The notes under the pieces: generated by a model
The model's input: the letters and a program-made list of their open reading frames with translations, nothing else
What the model was told of the DNA's origin: nothing
Database searches by the model: none
Assembly: GCA_013239625.1 (NCBI GenBank)
Contig: MU056898.1
Coordinates: 2,075,717-2,139,716 of the forward strand
Direction: 5' to 3'
DNA length: 64,000 nt
From: Lama guanicoe
Taxonomy: Eukaryota
Position numbers and translations under genes: made by a program
In this document: piece by piece, positions 12,524 through 23,375 of the stretch
Numbering within the stretch: position 1 is the first letter of the stretch
Layout: the number at the start of each line of letters is the position of its first letter

Positions 12524-12830
12524 TCATGGACTGAGTCTGCACACGAGAGCTGTGCGAGCCCTCACTCCCAGGGTGGTGGTGTTTGGAGGTGGAGCCTTTG
12601 GGAAGTGCTGGGGTTTAGATCAAGTCACGAGGGTGGGGCCCCCACGATGGAATTAGTGCCCTGCTGAGAAGAGACCCCAGGGAGTCTGCTCCCCGCCTGT
12701 CTGCCACGTGAACCGGGAAGGGCTTGGCCGGCACCTTATCTCGGCCCCCACCTCCCGCCTGTGAGAGGCGATCTGGAGAGCATCTTGTGGCTTGCTGGTG
12801 GGGAGCGCTTTCTCACGTAAGACCGGGACA
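12524..12830 (+). mobile_element. MaLR solo LTR (MLT1A-like)
   Basis: atggactga...ggtgtttggaggtggagcctttgggaagtgctggggtttagatcaagtcacgagggtggggccccacgatggaattagtgccct...agaagagac follows the MLT1A LTR layout. Confidence 0.78.
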
Positions 12831-12859
12831 GCACAGCCATGAAAGCAGAAACGAGATTC

Positions 12860-13060
12860 CATTGAACAAGAGGTGTCTGCTTAACTCAGGACGTCGTGGG
12901 AAAGTTAACCAGCAGGTTCCTGTCTGCGTGGATGCGTTTGCAGTATCTAAAGCCAGCAAGCAGCCGACGTCCAAAATGCAGGAGGAGCTGCTGCAAACCC
13001 ACGAGAGAAAGATTCCAGCCCTGTATCGAGATGGGCCAAGGTAGGAACAAGAAGCTTCGC
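12860..13060 (+). mobile_element. Old L1M ORF2 3' fragment
   Basis: atgcgtttgcagtatctaaagccagcaag...tccaaaatgcaggaggagctgctgcaaaccc...gagatgggccaagg resembles the L1 ORF2 C-terminal region. Confidence 0.5.
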
Positions 13061-13301
13061 GGAGAGGGAGGACAGAGACGGAGGAGAGCAGCCCTCGTCC
13101 ACAGCGGCAGCCCGAGCAGAGCCGAGATGCGCTCCTGAACAAAAGGACAAGACAGAAGGTTTTTACGGGCAAGCAGACAACGAGCAGGAAGCACGTCCGA
13201 CATCTTAGCGCAGCAGCAGTGTGCAGGGAGGGAGGGGCAGTAAGTTATAGACAGGAGCGGATCACACGCGTCCCGACTCAGGGCACACGTCTGCACCTGA
13301 G

Positions 13302-13462
13302 CATTTTTTTAAAAATTTCATTTATTTATTTTTGGTTTGTTTGGAGGGGAGGTTGTTAGATTTAGTTATTTTTTGTTTATTTTTAATGAAGGTGCTGGGG
13401 ATTGAACCCAGGACTTCGTGCATGCTAAGCATGCGCTCTACCCTTGAGCGGTACCCTCCCCC
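13302..13462 (-). mobile_element. tRNA-Ala-derived SINE (camelid Vic-1-like) with an 11-bp target-site duplication
   Basis: Reverse complement reads GGGGGAGGGTACCGCTCAAGGGTAGAGCGCATGCTTAGCATGCACGAAGTCCTGGGTTCAATCCCCAGCACC plus an A-rich tail. Flanked by ctgcacctgag at 13291-13301 and 13463-13473. Confidence 0.92.
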
Positions 13463-14894
13463 CTGCACCTGAGGTTTAAGATGCTGGCAGCCCACAAAAC
13501 ATGAAAGATGTCTGGGAGTCACGGACCCTCCAGGGGCCTTGTGTCACCGGGAGCCCAGGCCGTGGTGCGTCCCAGGGTCGGGGGGCCGCCTCCGTTCTCT
13601 TCTTGCTTTGTTCTCAGAGACGCTTTGGTGCTCACCTGAGGTCGGGGCTGCCTGGAAGCCCAGCGGCCGAGGCCGCTGGCTTGATGGTCTTGTTTCCAAG
13701 GTCGAATGAAACAAGTAACTTACCAGCAGGACGTGTTCTAAACATTTACTTGCGAGTCAAGAAGTAGGCTTGTTTTAAATGGCACTTGGGCAGTGAGGCT
13801 TAGATTTAAAATAAACAAAACCAAACCATCAGCATCGCCGGAGCCAGCCGTGGCGAGCGCGCAGACCTCTTCTGCCGGGCTGAGAACGGCAAGCCCGAGG
13901 TGGGACGGGGCAGCTCTGTCTGCGTGACTTCTTCCAGAAACATATCAAGTTGGTGTTTGACCCCAGGGTCAGACCTCACCTTGAATGTGAATTTGAAAAC
14001 GTTGGTTCCACAGAGACAGTCAGAGAGCCTGGTGTGAAGGGAAAGTTCTAGTTTTGGAAGTGGACCCGTGTCTTCGGGAGGCTGCCTGACCGGTGGCCAA
14101 GGTCCCCGTCTGAGCCGGGCTGTGGCTGCAGAACAGAGGACGCTGCTCAGACTGCGGCCTCGGGGCCAGGCCCACACACCTTGGGGCAGACTGCAGCACT
14201 CGGGTCGGGGAGGCTGCTCGATTTTGCCTCATTTTTCTCACCCAGTCACGGGGCCCAGGGGAGCAGGCAGGGGGACTTCTCTTTTGGGGAGACATGCTTG
14301 CATTTTGGGATAGAGATGCCGATCCCTGACCCCGCACCTGGTTGTGTCCCCAAGAGACAACCGTGGCCCTCGACCAACGTGCACCTTCCGCACGGGAGAC
14401 TGGCGCCCCCGCCCAGCTCCGCCCGACTCCCTCCCCTCCTGCTCGTACGGCCCATTTCACACCCAGTCTTGGGAAACTAAGTGGCCACGCTGCCTGGTGG
14501 ACGCGGCCTTGGCGGCCTCTTGGGTCGCAGATTAGAGGCTGGTGTCTTCTTGTTTCTGCGTCTGGCATCTCGCAGCCTTAGACAGTATATGTCTCCCTGG
14601 GAAAATGCCGAGACGGGTTGTCAGGACTGGTAGCCGCATTCTCCTGGGCTGGATTTGCCGCCATGAGGAACGGCCTCCATCTGTCTTGTGTTCTGTGAGC
14701 AGACTCTGTATGGTGTGACCCCATTTTTGTAGAGCCCCAGGCGGCCACCTGCCCAGACGCAGAAGCGATCCGGAGGCTTTGAGTGAGGGGCGGGGGGCAA
14801 CGAGGGTCTTTACTCCTCTTCTGGGCTGCCTCTCCCTGCTGGGCGGGCCATGCTCTGCCGCCACGGCTCCCGCACCCTGTGCTTTTTCTTCCAG

Positions 14895-14956
14895 CGACAT
14901 ATTCGATGCCATGTTCCCTGTCACCCACATTGCCGGGGAGACCGTCATACAGCAAG
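14895..14956 (+). CDS. PRKAR1B: PRKAR1B coding exon (human exon 5 equivalent): (S)DIFDAMFPVTHIAGETVIQQ(G), start of cAMP-binding domain A
   Basis: Peptide is recognisable as PKA RI-beta. Acceptor tttttcttccag| and donor |gtacgc. 62 bp, phase 2 in and phase 1 out, joining the next exon in frame. Confidence 0.97.
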
Positions 14957-15419
14957 GTACGCCCCTCCTGCTCCGGAGCCGGAGCCGACCGGGCAGAGCT
15001 GGCCGGGCACTTGGAGGATGCATCATACAAGACTCAGGGTCCATCCTGGAGAAAAGTCACCAACGAGGCTTCAGAACAGCCAGTGTAACAAGCTAATGTG
15101 TGTTAACGTGTGTCCGCAACCCTCTTGTCATTAGAAAAACTGGTGAGCTGTGCCAAGTCCCGGGCGTGGATTTCAGAAGGGTGAGGTCAGGAGATGCTGC
15201 AGCGACCGTTGGCCTGGTGAAGTGACCATTCCACTGCGGGTGTCAGGTCACCGTGCCATGCACCTTCCACACGTGCAGCTCTTGTTTAAATACTGATGAG
15301 ACCTAGCACTGCTTGGCAGAAGTCTGGGAAGCAATGTTGAAAGATAGTTTATTACCAGAAAAACAAAGACACCGTGGTCCACAGCCGGCATCACATGTCC
15401 TGTTTTTCTCTTCTTGCAG

Positions 15420-15466
15420 GGGACGAAGGGGACAACTTCTATGTAATTGACCAAGGAGAGGTGGAT
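15420..15466 (+). CDS. PRKAR1B: PRKAR1B coding exon (exon 6): (G)DEGDNFYVIDQGEVD
   Basis: Acceptor tttttctcttcttgcag| and donor |gtaagt. 47 bp. CNB motif GDxFYVIxxG, in frame with the neighbouring exons. Confidence 0.97.
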
Positions 15467-18267
15467 GTAAGTATCTCTCCACCGTTTTTGGGAAACGGTG
15501 CCTGCCTCTACTAGAACACATGCTCAGGTCGAGAAAATGTCTTTCTGAGTGATGCGTTTCTAATTTCTCGATCCAGAAAAGTGGTAGAGTTCACGTGAAA
15601 GATGGCGTGAGCACACCCGAGCACAGTGCAAACCCAGCATGCGTGCTGGCCGGTGTCCGCGTGGCCGCAGCTCCGCGGCTGTCCGCCTCCTGCTCCTGCC
15701 GACCGCGGCCCTGGGCCCTGGTGACTGGGTCTGCCCTGGATGGGAGCCCAGGACATGCGAGCTTGCTCTGCCCATGTCTACAGGCCCCGAGGCTCTGGCT
15801 TTACCATGGAGCTGGCTTCGTCCTTGGGACCCGAAGCTCCTGCCGCCCATCCCCGGGATGTTGTGTCTCCTGACGCCATTCGGCTGTCTCCCCTGTCTCA
15901 GGAGTTGGGGGCCCTCTTTCAGTTATCTGCCCACTTGGGTGGCTGCGTTGTCCCCTGGGGCCCCCGCGGCCGCCCTCAGACCTGGCCTGCGTGCACTGGC
16001 CTTCCTCAGACCCTTGTGTGGGCATCTCTGAATGCCCGGCTTTGGCCTGTGCTGCCACCACCGTCCCGCTGCCCTGGGCGCGTCCCCAACCCCAGCTCCT
16101 GCCTCTCCTTTTGGCGTCTGCGAGCGTCACTTCCGTGGCTGAGGCAGCAGCAGGTGCATCTCAGCCCGAGGTCTCCTCTGTGCCCGGGTTCCGCTCAGGC
16201 CACCCCCCCACGCCTATTTCTGGGCGTGTCGGACTGGAAGGCCCTGAGTGCGGGGCTGGGTCTGTCCAGCGCTTTGGCGGCTGAGGTCACAGCGCACAGC
16301 AAGACACGACCAAGGGGCCCCACAGGCCACGCATCCAGGCCGGCCCCCAACTCAGCTCCAGGCCTGGGACGCTAGCACCAGGGACAGGGGGGGACGGGGC
16401 ATTTGGTAGCCTCCACACCCTCCCCCCACCTTCACCACGGTACGTGCCCTCTGTGCCGTCTGGCGACGCGAACTCAGTGGGTCTGCCCAGCGATGGCGCC
16501 AGGGCCTGGCCTCTGGTGCCCCGTGGCGGGGCGTCTTCTCACATACTTCCCAGCAGCCCCTCTGCGTCCACCAAGGGCACCGCTTTCTGGGACCCGGGCA
16601 GGCGGCTCTCAATTTCTGGAGCTGATGGCCCAGGAAGGGACTTAACCGTGGATCTCAGAGTCAGGGGCACACGGAGTCCAGGTTTCTCTCTGTCCTGAGC
16701 TCGGACCTGGATCTGGCCTGGGGGCGGGGTGGCTCCCGTCTCCCACCAGAGAAGGAAACTGAGGCAGGAGCTGACAGCCCCAGGGTGGCCACGTCCCTGA
16801 AGAAGTGGGTGGTGAGGCTTGGAAGGCAGGCGCCAGCCCACAGTCGTCTCCTGCTGGCCTCACCTCAGGTTGAAAACACCGCCAGCCAAGGAAGCAGAGA
16901 AGGCAGTGAGGGTGCACTGTCCTCGGACCGGCTGCTCCCGAGCCCCCTGTTCAGAGGTGCCGGGGCAGAGCCGGCCCGGGAGGTGTGGGGTCAGCCGGTT
17001 CTGGGCTCAGATCCGGGTCTCTCCTCCGGCACCCTGGTACCTCTGCTGTCACCACTTCCAACCTCTCCCTCCCTCCATCCCGCTTGTCTTCTTCCTCAGA
17101 TGTCAGCGGCGCACTTGCTGTGTGCCGGGCACTTACAAGGCCCGAGAATACACTTTTGGGGACACGACCGGCCCTTGGGGTCCATAGGTGCTGGGGAGGT
17201 GGCCGAGGAGACTCCCAGGGAGCTCCTGCTTCCTGGCTGCAGTCTCGAATTCGGACAGCTGGACCCCAGATGGGTCAGGTCCTCTGATGCCTCTCAAGGC
17301 CACCACCTCCATCAGTCTCATGAGGTTTTCCGGCGGACGGTGGGCGGGGCGCGCGGGGCCTGTGGAGGGAGCTCCTGTGATGTGGGCGGCTGAGTGCAGG
17401 ACGAACGCGCAGGCCGGAGCCGTGTGGGTGAAGGCCACACTTAGAGGGATCGCGAGACTCTTGGTCAGGAGTCTGGAGTGAAAAGTGGCGAGTTACGGGG
17501 ACGCCTCGTAACGATGACTGTGTCAGCGCCGCCCCGGGCAGAGGCTGCCTCTGCGCCGAGGCCTCGAGCTGCATTTTGTTTGCTCGTTCCTGACACCGCC
17601 CTTGAGGGAGGGACCTGTTGGCCTGGCCGTGCATGGGGCAGGGACTGTCAGGCGATTGTGAGGGACCAGTCTCATGAGGGGAGGACAGGAGACTGTGACC
17701 ATTGCCCTGAAGTCCCCAGGACGCAGGCTCCCCTCAGAGGACCCTGCCCCGGGTTTTAAATGGGCGGGGTTTGGAGGTGGCCACCTTGAGCCTCCCCTTC
17801 TGCGGGCTGGACGCTGCCCTCTGACCAATGGTGCCTTGAGGGGACAGCCAGGTGACCGGATGCCAAAAGCACCAACTTGTTTTAAATTACGGTTTTCCAG
17901 AGAGACTCAGGGTGCCAGCCGTGGTGTGTGCATCGCCAAGAGCTATAATCCGTTTTTCTAAGTATAAAAATATCCCCCAATTTGTTTTATTCGTGGAACA
18001 TAGCATTTCCACTCACAAGGACGCCCAGCGGCCAGCTCGACGGGCTCAGGAGTGCAGCTTGTCCCCTGTCCTTCCAGATCTTCAGTGTTTCGGGACCCTC
18101 CTTGCCGGGGTCCCAGCCTTATCTCAGGGGTCCCTCCTGTTTCACACGAGATGTCCTGGAGGAGGGCGGTTTCCAGCCTCCAGAGGGGGTGGGCCCAGGG
18201 ACTGGGCACCCCAGGCCGTCCGTCCCTGCAGGTCACGGCCAGTTGGTTGGCTTGCCTGGTGTTCTGC

Positions 18268-18730
18268 TTTTTGTTTTTTCATTAGTGGAGTGCACGTGAC
18301 GTAAAGGCTACCACCCCAGCCGCTTGGCGAGCTCGGCTCAGGCACATGAAGCACATTCACACTGTTGTGCAGCTGTCAGCTTGTCCGTCTCCAGAGCTTT
18401 CTGTCTTCCCACTGAGGCTGCCCCATCAAACACTCGCTCCCCCACCAGCCCCCGGCCCCCGCCCTCTGCTTCCTGTCTCTGTGACTCTGACTCCGGGGCC
18501 CTCGCAGAGCTGAGATCACAGTGCCTGTTCCTCTGTGTCTGGCTTATGTCGCTGAGCACCGTGTCCTCAAGGTCCAGCCACGCCGCGGCAGGCGCCAGGC
18601 TTCCCTCCTTTTTCCAGCGGAATTGCATCCCACTGCGCGGATGCACCACATCTCACTGTCCGCTCACCCGTCACGCACACCAGGCCGCTGTGACCAGTGC
18701 TGCGGTGGACGTGGGTGTGCAAGTACCGAG
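18268..18730 (-). mobile_element. L1MB3-like 3' end fragment
   Basis: cacattcacactgttgtgcagc...ctccagagctttc...ctctgcttcctgtctctgtgactctgact...ctggcttatgtcgctgagcaccgtgtcctcaagg. Confidence 0.8.
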
Positions 18731-20261
18731 TCTGCTGGGTCTGGTCCTGCTCTCAGGACGCCCTCCGTTGACCGGTCACTGCCCGGGTGTGGGGCAGCTG
18801 TGGCCCCAAGCTGGCAGTGAAGCTTTCCCGCGGCGTCTCACCCACGGGGTGTGTCTTGGTTCCCAGCTGAAGTCCTGGTGGACCCACTGTGGCCAGAAGC
18901 TGCTCTGGAATCGGGAGGACAGGGCGCCCGGAGCCCCACCACGTGGCAGTGGTAACATGACCACGGGCAGTGTGACAGCTCAGCGAGGGCGCTGGGTCCT
19001 GGATGGGAGCATGAGGTCGCCCAGGGAGTGCACGGCACTCTGGACGTGGATCGGGAATCCTGCCTCCTGTGACCTTGGCGAGTGGGCATCTGAGGGAGGG
19101 AGGGAGGCGGCCCACGAGCTTGAAGGATGTGGGCTCCACAGAGGAAGCTGGCGGGGGCCCGCCATCCAGGAGTGGAAGCTGACCCGTGTGGCTGGTGCAC
19201 GTGGCCGGGGGACCACAGGCAGGGGCTGAGGGGAGTCTGTGCTTTGGTTGCCCTTCAGGCAAGGCCAAACAAACTGACCCTCCAGGTGTTTTGAGCTGAA
19301 GAGGACTGAGGCTCAGGACCATGTTTACCTGGCTGGGAGGGCGGCCCGGGAGGCAGGGTCTCCAGCTGGGCAGGGAGAGGGCAGGGGGGCTTGGCCGGCT
19401 GCCCGGGGAGGGGCTGATGTGCCTGGCTCACCAGTTCTGCTTCCCCCAGTCTTTGTGGCCGGAGCCTGGGGCGGCAGAGGAGACGGGCCATTAGCTTTTC
19501 CTCACCACCTCTGGGAGCAAGAACAACAGTGGAAAGCACACCTGAGTTACCTCCTTGCCTGGCGGCTCCGGGGTGCGTGAGAACCGAAGGCGGGGCGGCT
19601 GGGGGGATACACTGCTAAGGGGGTACTCTGTGACTGATTCTGTCTCCACTTGCCCAGCAGTGAGGTTGAACTGAAGGCCCCTGGGAGTGGGGGCAAGCTG
19701 CGGAGCGGGGAGGCACCCGCATCTCCTGGTGGCGTCCCTGGCTGCCCGCCTGCCTGGGCGTTGGCGGCCGTGGTCTGCGTCGGAAGCCCCTGTGCCGACA
19801 GAAATGCAGCACCACCACGAGGCCACTTCTGGGGCTCACGAACCAGCTCCTGTGCCCTCAGTCCCGTGATTGTGTCCACCTCCATCTGAAGTCTGGTCCC
19901 GCGTGGGTGTGGGTCAGAGTCACCTGCTGAGACACTGGTGGCTGAGCCCCACCCCCCGGGGTCTGATTCAGGAGGGCAGGGCAGGGGGCGTGAACTCGGA
20001 TTCCTGCAGGTTCCTGGGGGATGCTGTGCCTGGTCCACACACCACCTGCCGAGTAACCTGGTCGAACACTGTGTCTCTGGGATGTCCCTCGCGCCCTCCC
20101 TGATCCCCTCTCGCGCCCGAGCTGGTCTCCGGCTGCACCAAAGGGAACGTTCCAGACGTGAGTCCCACGATGTCGGCCTTGCTGGAACCTTCTGTGGTCC
20201 TGAGAAGGCCATCTCCCCGTTTGGTCCTGCTGCTTCCGGTTCCCTCCGAGGCCAGTCCCAC

Positions 20262-20530
20262 CTCAGGGCCTTTGCACGTCCTGTCCCTCTACCTCAAATT
20301 CTCTTTGCCCAGGCCCCTCAGAGCTGGACTCAGATTACCGTCTTGGAAAGTCCTCTGTGAAATCTTGACTGTGGCCCTCAGGGACACCCTGCCTCCCGCT
20401 CTCTCCAGGCCCAGGCGCCTTTCGTGACGGTTGTTTGTGTGCTTATTGCTGACAGCTGGTGGAAAGTCCCTGTGAACAGGCACTCGCCTGCCTTCTCCTG
20501 CTGCCCTGACAGCTAGAACGTGTGGGGCAC
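20262..20530 (+). mobile_element. L2 3' fragment
   Basis: cacctcagggcctttgcacgtcctgtccctct ... cagctagaacgtgtggggcac resembles the L2 3' region. Confidence 0.5.
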
Positions 20531-22992
20531 TGGGCCCTTGGCAGGCACGGGGGCTCTGCGTTCAGCCGGAGAAACCACGGCCAGCAGCGGGGGCGTCAGT
20601 GTGGCCCAGGGGGCCTCCCACCGTTTTTCTTTTTAAAGAAGAAAAAACAAAAAGCAAAACAAAGCAAGAAGTAGCCCCTTTGCGTGCCAGCTGGGGCGGG
20701 GCCCGGCCCCCGGCGGCCGTGGTGACAGAGGCCAGTGTCCCGAGAAGGATGGCCCTTTGTGCCCGGTGGGGCGGCTCTGGGCCTGACCTTGGCTCCACAC
20801 AATGGTTTTCTCTGATGCCTCAGAGGGCAGCCTTGGAGCCTCGGCGAGGAAGGGGTCCTCCCCGCTGCGGGGATAGGCTCCTCCGGGCCCCCTTGGGCGT
20901 GCTCTGTGGCCGCCGCCGCCGCCCGCCTGCTTTCTGGGGACGTACCCTGGGGATTCCCAGGGCTCTGCTGGGCCGCGTGCTCTGTTCCCTGGGATCCCTG
21001 TGCGCTCTGGGGGCATGGTGGTGTCCCGCCCACCTGGTAGCCGTCAGAGGCGGGTGGCTTCTGTCTTCCCCTAAGGGTGGGGGGGAGGCCGCAGCACGCC
21101 TTCCCAGACTCCCCACGTCAAGCATGGATCCCTGGGCCCGCATCACCGTGGTGACTCAGTGGGAGGGCAGTTTGGCACGACCCAGGAGAAACAGTGTTCA
21201 GCAAACCGTACAGATAGCCCACAAGGCAGCCAGTGCCACCCCTGGCATCACCTGTGAGAAGTGAGGGCATGTAATCCCACTTGCGAGGGTTCACGGCCGC
21301 GGTCCGCATCACAGCTGAAACTAGAACGCATCCGTCGCCCGCTGGACTGTAGCTGCTACGTGGCCGTGAGAACAGATGAGCTAAACGGCACTCGGACGCT
21401 TAGCACAGGAGGATGGGCTGGGATTGTGTGGTCCTCTCCTGTCCCCTGGGAAAGGCACCTGCAGATGTTCGGCGCTGCAGCCTGAGTGGTGGGAAGCTCC
21501 TTGCGCTGCACAGCCGGACAGTGCAGGTCGACGTCTGTGAGCGACAGCAATGCGGAGAGGGCTGCACAAAAGCACAGGCACGTGGGGGAGCACCGCCGTG
21601 AGGGAGCCGGTGCCGCCCGGTCGTGCCCGGTTGCCGGTTACCGTGACTGTTGGTGGGTCGTCACTGCCCCGCCCTGGACCCTGCACCCCTTGGAGAAAAC
21701 CAGAGGGGACTCTCCGGGGGGTTCTCTGCCGTCCCTGCACCCCTGAAACTGGGCTTGCCGGCCTCTCCCAGGCGTCCCTCCACGGCCGAGGCGGAGCCAG
21801 GCGGTGCCCCCCTGCCCCGTGGGAAGGGCGGGTATTGTCCTGACTGCTGAGGGCCTTGCCGAGTGGAAGCTGCGTTTCTTCTCCCTGCACGCCCTGCAGC
21901 CCGACTCCCTTCCAGGAACTTGAGCGCACAGTCGGGCCAGGTCGGACAGCGGTGGAGGGTGGAGCCGTGCAGGCACGCTGGGCTGGTAGGGGCTCTCGGG
22001 AATGGGCACACAGGCCCCAGGCCACTGGGCCAACTGCCGACTCCCCTCCCTCGACACCTGGGCCAGTGCTCCCCACCCTCTCCCCCACAACACGCCGTTG
22101 TCACCTGCCTGGCGTTTCCGCAGATTGGCAGCTCTGTGCCTCAGTTATGATGGAGATAATGAGTCATTGAATTCAGTAAGAATTGCTTCCATGATTCACG
22201 CAATCCATTCTTCCCCGATGGGCACCCTTTTTGCCAATGGGAACTGTTCTTTAAGCTCATTGACACCCGAGGCAACACACAGCGCGTTGTGTTAACTTAC
22301 AGTAACAGAACGTGCATAATGAACAATCCGCGCCATTCTTGCAGGATGCGGGCGTGCGCTCAATGCATAGCAGGGACACTGTGCGGGCGCCGCCCTCCCA
22401 GGCTGAAAGGGAATCTTGTCCGCGGCTCCGCCAGCCCTCGGCGCCTGCACTCCCGTTGACTTGGTGCTGTGGGGGAGCGGCCCGGAGACTCAGGAAGCTC
22501 AGCTCCTTCCGGGCCGCGGGGCCTGCGGGTGGAGGTGGGAGAGGGTCCCAGGCTGCTCCCACGGAGCCCTGAGTGGCAGGGACAGAAGGGACCAGAGTGG
22601 GCAGCACCTGTGAGGGGGTGGGGGCCAGGCCATGGCGGCAGCGATGCCCTGAGGCAGTCACGTCCGGTTTACTTGGCGCAGTTAGGGAAACCCGGCCCAG
22701 ACAGGCCAGCCAGCCTCCAGTGGCAGGGAATTGAGTCCGAGGCCGGCCTGGTAGGTGGCAAGACTCGCTGCCCCGTGAACCAGGAGCCGAGCGGTGCCTT
22801 CACCTCTGACCTGGCCGGTCTCATCGGCACCGACAGCGGAGGGCCTATGCTCCGTGCTTGTCCAGGCCCAGCTCTGAGCAGGGCTGGCCAGACCAAGTTC
22901 CACCCATCAGCAAGGGGCAGGGGATGCGGGCAGGCCCCCCTCCCACCGAGGACACTGCAGGGGCTCTCAGTGCCGGTAGCCACATTGTGGCA

Positions 22993-23375
<383 letters not shown>

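Noticed and set aside
1-14894. PRKAR1B promoter and exons 1-4
   Set aside because: No D/D-domain, RRRRGGVS or VIPKDYKT coding sequence was found. These exons must lie upstream of the window.
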